IMG/VR virus record: IMGVR_UViG_3300037422_000298
Source of the DNA: a virus
Taxonomy: Duplodnaviria; Caudoviricetes
DNA: 64,000 nt
Reading direction: 5' to 3' (one strand)
Part shown: piece after piece, positions 57,343-64,000 of the stretch
Layout: each line of letters starts with the position of its first letter
Position numbering within the stretch: the first letter of the stretch is position 1
Notes under the pieces: model-generated
Database searches by the model: none
The model's input: only the letters and a program-made list of their open reading frames with translations
What the model was told of the DNA's origin: nothing
Translations under genes and position numbers: made by a program

Positions 57343-58020
57343 TCACCGTTTGGCTTTCAGGCGGCGGCGAGCGCGGATGCTCTTGAAGACCACGATCCAG
57401 CGCAGAACCGGGTCCGGATCGTCCGAGCCGGGTCCGTCAGGGAACTGCCCGGAATCGACAAGTTGCTGCGCGATCTCGCCATCGGTCATTCCAAGCTGCA
57501 TGGCGAACCGAAGCAGCCCTTCAAGCGCGATGTTTGGTACGCGCCCAGTTGCGTTCGACGGACGGCTCATTCGCCAGAGCTTCGCCGATTCCAAATACTG
57601 GCCTGGTGCAGCGCGGACGTACTCGGCAGCGGTCGCCAACGCCTTCGCGAGCCGCCGAAATTCGTCGGCAGTTTTGGGCGCTGTGATGCCGGTTTTCTTG
57701 ATCCTGATGAGCGCGATCTTGGTCAACGAGTCGTCTGCCAGACCCATACGTGCGATCCGCTTCTCGATCAGCTCGACGGGCTTGCGCTTGATGCCGGTGG
57801 CGATCTGGTCAAGTACCTCTGCTTCCTCTTCGAGCAGCCCAGCAAGTGTCTTGACCTGTTTGACGGTGAGACCGCCACGTAGATGCCGAGTCAGCTCGTA
57901 CAGCGCGATCTTGTACCGGAGGCTGGCTTCGACCGGCCACGGCGCCCCGGTCGGGTTAGGTGCGTTGGAGGGTCGCTTCGGCCGTTTCGTCACCAAAACG
58001 ATCGTCGAGCGGGCTCGCAA
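57343..58020 (-). CDS. hypothetical transposon passenger protein
   Basis: 225 aa ORF. Confidence 0.45.
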   Translation of the reverse strand: MRARSTIVLVTKRPKRPSNAPNPTGAPWPVEASLRYKIALYELTRHLRGGLTVKQVKTLAGLLEEEAEVLDQIATGIKRKPVELIEKRIARMGLADDSLTKIALIRIKKTGITAPKTADEFRRLAKALATAAEYVRAAPGQYLESAKLWRMSRPSNATGRVPNIALEGLLRFAMQLGMTDGEIAQQLVDSGQFPDGPGSDDPDPVLRWIVVFKSIRARRRLKAKR

Positions 58021-58060
58021 TCAGGGCAAAATTCTTGCTGGTTTCTGGTAATCTACCGGC

Positions 58061-58408
58061 ATGGCACGGCTCGTACCTAAGATCCCCCGCAGCAAACGCT
58101 CGCGGAAGTTGCTGACGCGCGCGGAAGCGTGTAGCCGCGCCCAGCGCGACCACGAGCGCGCAATCGGCAAGAAGTTCGTGGTCGATGAAGTCGATGGATA
58201 CATCAACGACGACAGCACTACATGCGGTCCAGCGGTCGTGCGCGTTCGCAAGACCGCGCCCAGTGACATCTGCCGGGTCATGGATGACTTCGTGGATCCG
58301 GTTTGGGATGTGGAAGTCGTTACGGGTGATGACACGTGCAGGCGGCTACGTAGTGCGTGGGTCTACGGGCCGACGTACAACCTGAAGCCCCGCAAGAGGA
58401 GCCGCTAG
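58061..58408 (+). CDS. hypothetical passenger protein
   Basis: 115 aa, basic termini. Confidence 0.5.
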   Translation: MARLVPKIPRSKRSRKLLTRAEACSRAQRDHERAIGKKFVVDEVDGYINDDSTTCGPAVVRVRKTAPSDICRVMDDFVDPVWDVEVVTGDDTCRRLRSAWVYGPTYNLKPRKRSR

Positions 58409-58716
58409 TCATGGCGAAGCGTGCCTCTTCTTGTTCGATACCCAACCTGGACCGGGTCTTGGATCGTATGCCAACGCCGTATGGCGAAGTCACGATTGAC
58501 GCGGCCGGATGTACGCAAGCGCAGGTCGAGCGAATCTACGCCCATGCGAAAGCACGTGGATTTCACGCCTCGGGCACCTGGCGGTGGATACTGATTCGTC
58601 AGCCTCTACGCCACCTCGGCCGCACGAAACGACGTACGAAGCTTGCGGTCGCGCGTCGTCAACGCCGCGTCGCCGCCTAGTCACCACGACACGAATTCGG
58701 CTACAATGATCGCCCC

Positions 58717-59052
58717 ATGGACGTTCTGTTCTCGCTCGGAGCGTTGTTCATCGGCATCAGAGTTCGATACTGGGCGGCAGCCGCTATTGCGGCTCTTCAC
58801 CTGACAGCGGTGACACTGGCGATCGTTGCGCTCGCGGCGAAGAAGGGCCCGTTGGTGATTCCGTCCAACGTGCTCTACCTCGGAGCTATCATCGCTGCTG
58901 TCGTTTTCTACCTTCGCGGGCGGCGACTTCCCAAGGATCACGAACGGCGTGAGACGTGTGAGCTTCTCGGCGCTGTTGGGTTCATTGGCGCGATTGCTGC
59001 AATCATCGTCGTAATCGTTACAGCTTCAGGGTCGTCAATCTTCCGACCGTAG
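58717..59052 (+). CDS. multi-TM membrane passenger protein
   Basis: Four hydrophobic segments; TACAAT -10 box 8 nt before ATG. Confidence 0.55.
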   Translation: MDVLFSLGALFIGIRVRYWAAAAIAALHLTAVTLAIVALAAKKGPLVIPSNVLYLGAIIAAVVFYLRGRRLPKDHERRETCELLGAVGFIGAIAAIIVVIVTASGSSIFRP

Positions 59053-59698
59053 ACCCGTTCGCGGTGTCGGATCGCGGCCGATATTTGTGCAGCCCGCAGC
59101 TATTTTTGTGCAGTCGGGTTCGCGACTTCAATAACTGTGCAAAGCCACGTCGCGGTGACGCGTATCGTAGCGAGCACGGACCGCGTTACGAGAACGGCGA
59201 TCCAGGTGCCGGTTGCAACGCCACGCACGTCGCGCGTTCACGTCGTTCGTGGAAGCGCCTTGCGAATCGTTCCGAGCGTCGAACCGGTAGGACGCTCTCG
59301 AAGTTCAACGGCCAGCACCGGCAACGCCCCAATCAATGAAAGGTGATCATGTTCAAGTGCAAGATGTGCGGCAGCGATTCGGCGATAGGGGAGACGCTCG
59401 CGAGGGTCGTCGTCGCGACACGTCGGAAGGAGTACCCGAGCTTCCAGCGTGCAGATGGTACGCACGATCGCGGCGGCACTGGGATCGAGATCGCGCGCGA
59501 GACGTCTGGTCACGAGAGTTGCGTAAGGACGCTACAGGCCGAGCTTCTCGCAGCAGCGCCGCCGATGCTAGCGTTCGCGGACACGGTCATGTACACGACC
59601 GATGTTGCGTCCGGATCAGTACCGTTCAACGGCGTCGTCTAGCGCGATCGTGCGAGCGATCGGGGTTGTGATAGGCTCGGAAGCCAAGGAGAAAGACC

Positions 59699-60064
59699 AT
59701 GGCCGTTACTCTCACGCTCGTCTCGGCGACGCCACATTCACTCAAGTATCTTTGGACGCACGACGGCGTCGGTGGCGCGAGCATTCAGCGTACGCAGGCG
59801 CAGATTCTTGCGGACTTCGCGGGCATCCAAGGGCCGAGTCCTCTCAAGGATGCCCTCAGTACTACCAGCGATGCCGTTTGGGCTGCGCTCCAAGCTAGCT
59901 CACGGCTCTCGGTGTACACGACCATCACAGCTTTTGGTGTAGTCACTTGCATTCGTGGAGCGCTCGTACTGGATCCGGGTCGGGTGTTGGACGTCGACGG
60001 TGTCAACGGCGCTGCAGCTGCGGCACTCGTCGAGATTCGATTCCATCACACGATCGAACGGTAA
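59699..60064 (+). CDS. putative virion protein, tandem paralog 1
   Basis: RTQAQILADFAG..GPSPLK; ends HHTIER; SD CCAAGGAGAAAGACC. Confidence 0.7.
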   Translation: MAVTLTLVSATPHSLKYLWTHDGVGGASIQRTQAQILADFAGIQGPSPLKDALSTTSDAVWAALQASSRLSVYTTITAFGVVTCIRGALVLDPGRVLDVDGVNGAAAAALVEIRFHHTIER

Positions 60065-60122
60065 CGGTGTACCGCGATCGCTCGCGCGATCGTGCTAGAA
60101 TCGACGGCCAAGGAGAAAGACC

Positions 60123-60500
60123 ATGGCCGCCACGCTGACGTTGATTTCTGCGACACCCTACGCGCTCAAGTACAAGTACGCCTACGACGGCATCGGCGCG
60201 CAGGGTATCGTTCGTACGCAGGCGCAGATCCTCGCCGATTTCGCGGGCGTCAAGGGCCCGAGTCCGCTCAAGGCGCTGCTTGCGGCAGCAACAGCCAATG
60301 CCGTGTGGCAGGCCCTTGACGAGGGTCCGAACCTGTCGATCTACACCAACGTTACGTTCACGGCGGCAGCGTCACAGGCCGTGCAATCGGACCTCGAAGT
60401 TGTCGTCCCGGACGGCAACGTTCTGAGCGCCAGTACGGCCGCCGGTTCGGCGCATCAGGCTGTGATCGAGCTGCGCTACCACCACACGATCGAGCGCTAA
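60123..60500 (+). CDS. putative virion protein, tandem paralog 2
   Basis: Same motifs and identical SD region. Confidence 0.7.
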   Translation: MAATLTLISATPYALKYKYAYDGIGAQGIVRTQAQILADFAGVKGPSPLKALLAAATANAVWQALDEGPNLSIYTNVTFTAAASQAVQSDLEVVVPDGNVLSASTAAGSAHQAVIELRYHHTIER

Positions 60501-60538
60501 CGCTTGCGACGTCGGTCTTGACTCGATACGGTCGGGCC

Positions 60539-61048
60539 ATGGAAGACCCGACCGTCAACGTCAAGTACTCCGAGTATCAGAAGCTGCGCGAAGATCTGAA
60601 GCAGCTGCAGGCGCGCGTCTACGAACTCGAAGCGCAAGTCACGTCAGGACAACTCGCCGATCCGACGGGTACGACGAAACTCCTGCATGACGGCTTCCAT
60701 GCAGCGATCAAGGTCGTACAGTTTGCCGTCGGCAACCTTGCACCGGAAACGGTCGCGGGATGGCCACACGAGGCGCTCGTCGAGATCGCCGATGCGATCG
60801 ACAAGATCCCCGGTATGGATCAGCACGTGAAGGAACTGCCGCCAGAGCTGCGGCACTTCGCGAAACTCACGGCCGGTTACGAGACGTACCGCAAGGAACG
60901 CGACAAGAGCCGCGTCGTCACCGTCGCGACGGCTGAAGATTTCGGCCCGAAAACGGCTGAAGCTGCAGCGGTGCACGCAAGTCACACGAGATCGAGCGCG
61001 GAAAAGCCACCGGAACCAACGACCTCGGACGAAGCATCGCAACGTTGA
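60539..61048 (+). CDS. hypothetical protein
   Basis: MEDPTVNV..., coiled-coil N-terminus. Confidence 0.55.
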   Translation: MEDPTVNVKYSEYQKLREDLKQLQARVYELEAQVTSGQLADPTGTTKLLHDGFHAAIKVVQFAVGNLAPETVAGWPHEALVEIADAIDKIPGMDQHVKELPPELRHFAKLTAGYETYRKERDKSRVVTVATAEDFGPKTAEAAAVHASHTRSSAEKPPEPTTSDEASQR

Positions 61049-61262
61049 CAGTGTTCCAGGCTGATGATACCCGTAGACGTAAGCGAGCGCTCTAGCTCGG
61101 CGTTCGTGGCTCTCTGCTCGAACCAAAGTCCCCGTCGGTGCGGTCCCCTAGCCGAGCCGACGGGGCCACACAAAATCCCAATGCACCAGATCCTGCTCTC
61201 CGTTCGACTTCGTCAGCTACGTCAGTTAGCTGGCTCGACGTCGTTGCGTTGATCGAGCTGGA

Positions 61263-61337
61263 GCTGGCGTAGCTCAACTGGAAGAAGCCGCGAGCTTAAA
61301 CCTCGCGCAAGTGCGGGTTCGAATCCCGTCGCCAGTA
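61263..61337 (+). tRNA. tRNA-Leu(TAA), short variable loop
   Basis: GCTGGCG/CGCCAGT; GCGAG-CTTAAAC-CTCGC; GCGGG-TTCGAAT-CCCGT; A73. Confidence 0.8.
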
Positions 61338-61342
61338 CGAAC

Positions 61343-61417
61343 GTCGCGGTAGCCCAACTTGGTAGCGGCAATGCGTTGAGCGCGCATCCAGTGAGGGTTC
61401 GAATCCCTCTCGCGACA
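61343..61417 (+). tRNA. tRNA-Leu(GAG), short variable loop
   Basis: GTCGCGG/TCGCGAC; ATGCG-TTGAGCG-CGCAT; GAGGG-TTCGAAT-CCCTC. Confidence 0.8.
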
Positions 61418-61426
61418 CGATCACAA

Positions 61427-61500
61427 GCCGACGTAGCCCAACTGGTAGCGGCAACGTGTTCAGCGCACGTTCAGTGCGGGTTCGAATCCCGCCGTCGGTA
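61427..61500 (+). tRNA. tRNA-Leu(CAG), short variable loop
   Basis: GCCGACG/CGTCGGT; ACGTG-TTCAGCG-CACGT; GCGGG-TTCGAAT-CCCGC. Confidence 0.8.
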
Positions 61501-61524
61501 CGAGTGACGATCCTTCCAACGACA

Positions 61525-62199
61525 TTAGTGATGCCTGAGCGTGACGTCGACGGAGCTGATCGCTTCGGGCAAGAGTGCGACTGAATGTGTAAGAAACGGC
61601 AGCTGCTCCAAGAGCTTGAAGATCGTTTCTCTCGCGCGTTCGACAAGATCATCAAACTTGCAGTCGACGCAGTCGGTCGCGGTTCGTTTCAGCGCGCCGT
61701 CCAAGAGCGTCGCGTGATGATCCACCAACGGCAACCAAAGAGCTTCGTCGATGTCAGCGATTGCTGCAAGCGATTTCGCGACCGCGGCCGAGTCGCGGAG
61801 CATTCGTACGCAGTGCATTTCGTACTTCATCGCGCGCAACGCCGACACGTACGTCTCAAGCAGCAAGCAGAATCGGGGATCCTTGATCGTGATCAATGTG
61901 TCTTCGCCAAAGACCTGCGATATGCGTTCGCGAATGACCTCCACACGGGTCGGTGTTACAGGTATCGGCTGTACTCTTTTGGGATCGAAAGGAAGCCCGT
62001 ACCAAGGTACGCCGACCTCGAACAGGATTTGCTTGTTCAATTCTGTGAGCTGCGTGTTCTCGAAGTATCCCTTGGCGTTGAAAGCGTCTCCGAACTTGAG
62101 ATCCTTACCAAGACTCGCACCCAAGATCTGAAGCACGCCCGTCATCGCGCTCGTGCCACTACGCCCTGTACCTACGACAAGGATCGCCCGTTTGACCAT
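61525..62199 (-). CDS. sulfotransferase-family protein
   Basis: ILVVGTGRSGTSAM..VL..LG, N.KGYFEN, IKDPR. Confidence 0.75.
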   Translation of the reverse strand: MVKRAILVVGTGRSGTSAMTGVLQILGASLGKDLKFGDAFNAKGYFENTQLTELNKQILFEVGVPWYGLPFDPKRVQPIPVTPTRVEVIRERISQVFGEDTLITIKDPRFCLLLETYVSALRAMKYEMHCVRMLRDSAAVAKSLAAIADIDEALWLPLVDHHATLLDGALKRTATDCVDCKFDDLVERARETIFKLLEQLPFLTHSVALLPEAISSVDVTLRHH

Positions 62200-62214
62200 A
62201 TGCGCTCGAAACAT

Positions 62215-62288
62215 GCCAGTGTATCCCAACAAGCAGAGGAGCCCGATTTAGGATCGGGTCGTTGCAGGTGCAAGTCCTGTCGCTGGCA
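62215..62288 (+). tRNA. tRNA-Leu(TAG), short variable loop, TGC T-loop variant
   Basis: GCCAGTG/CGCTGGC; CCCGA-TTTAGGA-TCGGG; GCAGG-TGCAAGT-CCTGT. Confidence 0.75.
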
Positions 62289-62292
62289 CGAC

Positions 62293-62366
62293 GCCACCGT
62301 AGCCCAACCTGGCAGAGGCCCGGTCTCAAACACCGGACAGCGTCGGTTCGACTCCGACCGGTGGTA
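62293..62366 (+). tRNA. tRNA-Leu(CAA), short variable loop
   Basis: GCCACCG/CGGTGGT; CCGGT-CTCAAAC-ACCGG; GTCGG-TTCGACT-CCGAC. Confidence 0.8.
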
Positions 62367-62377
62367 CTCTTTTCGAT

Positions 62378-62620
62378 ATGGCCAAGCGTTGCGCCTCGGG
62401 TGACTTCAAGGACCATCCGATCATTCGTCAGATTGTCGATCGTGTTCATGTAGGTACGCCCGACGCCGAAGTGCTCGACTACGCGCGGTCACGCCTGGCG
62501 CGCGGTGCTTGGAACAAGATGTCTGCGAAGAATCAGAAGGCGTTCGAGTGCGAGGTGCTCAAGGTTCACGAACGCAACCGCACCACGTACCGTCAGGTGA
62601 TGCGCGGTGCACGACGCTGA
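62378..62620 (+). CDS. small basic hypothetical protein
   Basis: 80 aa ORF. Confidence 0.5.
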   Translation: MAKRCASGDFKDHPIIRQIVDRVHVGTPDAEVLDYARSRLARGAWNKMSAKNQKAFECEVLKVHERNRTTYRQVMRGARR

Positions 62621-62730
62621 CAAGCTACTCTCGACTTAGGCGGGGTTCGATTCCCCCGTGGGACACCGTCTACGTGCACATGCGCGACCCACCCGATCGC
62701 TCGCGCGATCGGATATGATCAGCGCCTGCG

Positions 62731-63435
62731 ATGGCGACGATCCTGAAGAACATCTTACGGTTCACAGGGCTCGTCGTTGGCGTACCCGTCGCGTTGCCGC
62801 ATCGGCTCAACGTCAACGACGTTCCCGTTCTTCCTCGGCTGGTGATCCCCAACGAGGGTGGTCATACCGTCACGGCCGACACGTTGAATGTGACGGTCAC
62901 CCGAACGGCACTAGGCACGGCCACCGTCGACGTTTACATCGAGTTTTGGCACACGATCGAGGCAGTTGTTCCGCTGGTTCCGCCGCCGGGTAAGCTAGTC
63001 GGTCTCGTTCCGTTCATCCTCGAACCGGGCGCAAGCATATTACCGGTGGACGCTGCCGCAGTCGTCGCGTTCGGCAACAACTCGGTTGCTGCCGCAGCCG
63101 ACACGCGATTCTTGGATCAGTGGCGTAGCACGACGACTGCAGGCACCGCCGAGACAACTCCGATCGTTGCGCCTCGCGCAGGGACCTTGCGAAATCTGTT
63201 CGTCCGACATCAAGCAGCCGTTGGAAACGGCAACTCGATTACCTATCGCGTTCGCATCAACGGCGTGAACACAACGATCACCGTAACGCTGGCAACAGGT
63301 GCGATTGCACAGACGTCGGACTTGGTCAACACGGCTGCCGTCGCGCAAGGTGATCGGATCACGCTCAGCGCGACGAAGGCGCTCGCTCTTGGAAACGGTG
63401 CAGTGATTCCATCTGCGACCCTGGAGTTCGTCTAA
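62731..63435 (+). CDS. putative spike/vertex protein; N-terminal domain paralogous to fibre 10553..12958
   Basis: MAT.L...L.F...H..NVN.VP..P ... VDV...(F/L).HTI shared; palindrome box upstream. Confidence 0.65.
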   Translation: MATILKNILRFTGLVVGVPVALPHRLNVNDVPVLPRLVIPNEGGHTVTADTLNVTVTRTALGTATVDVYIEFWHTIEAVVPLVPPPGKLVGLVPFILEPGASILPVDAAAVVAFGNNSVAAAADTRFLDQWRSTTTAGTAETTPIVAPRAGTLRNLFVRHQAAVGNGNSITYRVRINGVNTTITVTLATGAIAQTSDLVNTAAVAQGDRITLSATKALALGNGAVIPSATLEFV

Positions 63436-64000
63436 TGGCGACTGTCACACGACGATACCGTTGGAATGCGGCGAACCTGTTCGCGATCCAAAACAACGGT
63501 GATCCTGGCAGCGTCCTCCCCGCGCTCGGCTACACCGCGCACGTCGACGTTACGTTCGACGACGCGATCTCGGATGCCGTCGTTGTAGATGTACAGATGC
63601 AACTGCTCGGCTTCGTGTTCGAAACCGTAGCGCCCGTCGGAACGCCGCTGTTCAACATCCTGACTGCGATGCGCATGGCCGGGTACTCTACGGATCCGGC
63701 TGCCGAGCCGAATCAGTTGATGCTCTACCCCAAGGACGACGCAGGCATCACACAGCTGTTTGCGCGCTCCGACGATGGTGTGATTCATCAGATCACGCCG
63801 TCACTACGAACGGCGCGCGGTGTTGTCCAAGGCACCACCGGAAACATCATCAGCGGTGCCGGGTTTTCGGTCGTTCGCAACGGGACCGGCGATTATACGG
63901 TGACGTTCGTACCCGCGCTCGCAAGCATTCCAGGCTTGGGCACTACTATCGTCGAGAACACCAACGGGTGCATTCGAGCAGCAAACCTCGCCGCGACCGG
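63435..64000 (+). CDS. putative fibre-associated protein, partial (runs off window)
   Basis: ATG overlaps upstream TAA; open frame MATVTRRYRW...GFSVVRNGTGDYTVTF... Confidence 0.6.
   Translation, partial: MATVTRRYRWNAANLFAIQNNGDPGSVLPALGYTAHVDVTFDDAISDAVVVDVQMQLLGFVFETVAPVGTPLFNILTAMRMAGYSTDPAAEPNQLMLYPKDDAGITQLFARSDDGVIHQITPSLRTARGVVQGTTGNIISGAGFSVVRNGTGDYTVTFVPALASIPGLGTTIVENTNGCIRAANLAAT

Larger units (their letters stand above)
55004..59146. mobile_element. 4.1-kb transposon with passenger genes
   Basis: Terminal IR GGCTTTGCAC/GTGCAAAGCC; 9-bp TSD ACGTCGCGG at 54995-55003 and 59147-59155; subterminal TGTGCAG repeats; internal DDE transposase. Confidence 0.88.
54975..59339 (+). pseudogene. 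small gene split by the transposon (54975-55003 joined to 59156-59339)
   Basis: Removing the element and one TSD restores MANRTNPRRGDAYRSEHGPRYENG...RPNQ* in frame. Confidence 0.75.

Noticed and set aside
62630-62668. GGGG-TTCGATT-CCCC T-arm as another tRNA
   Set aside because: No matching 5' acceptor, D arm or anticodon arm found; at most a remnant

Overview
The window is a GC-rich, densely packed part of a large bacterial virus genome (or provirus). Two peptidoglycan hydrolases and a holin-like gene indicate a walled bacterial host. I recognised no terminase, portal, HK97 capsid or tail tube/sheath gene. Instead 15.4-33.9 kb holds a candidate single-jelly-roll major capsid protein, a transglutaminase-like Cys-His-Asp enzyme, about 15 paralogous C-terminally anchored membrane proteins rich in FG/LG motifs, and small Arg-rich proteins. 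This suggests an unusually large tail-less, membrane-containing virus (inference). About 20 copies of an 18-bp palindrome CGATCGC-N4-GCGATCG precede structural and lysis genes, often ahead of a -10 box and a leaderless start. 41-49 kb encodes a dispersed ubiquitin-like conjugation set: vWA protein, possible divergent E2, JAB peptidase, a Ubl-like precursor ending ...KTAFG plus an extension, and a ThiF/E1. The vWA, Ubl and E1 genes share a promoter motif. 52.7-53.5 kb is an RNA operon with tRNAs carrying giant variable-arm inserts and tRNA bodies grafted onto covarying long stems. 61.2-62.4 kb carries five Leu tRNAs, all without the long variable arm. Also present are four homing-type endonucleases (one supplying a recoded C-terminus to its target gene), a 4.1-kb transposon with a 9-bp target duplication, dCTP deaminase, Nudix, HIT, radical SAM, glycosyltransferases, a sulfotransferase and a dual-specificity phosphatase. 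All family calls come from motifs read by eye; no database search was run.
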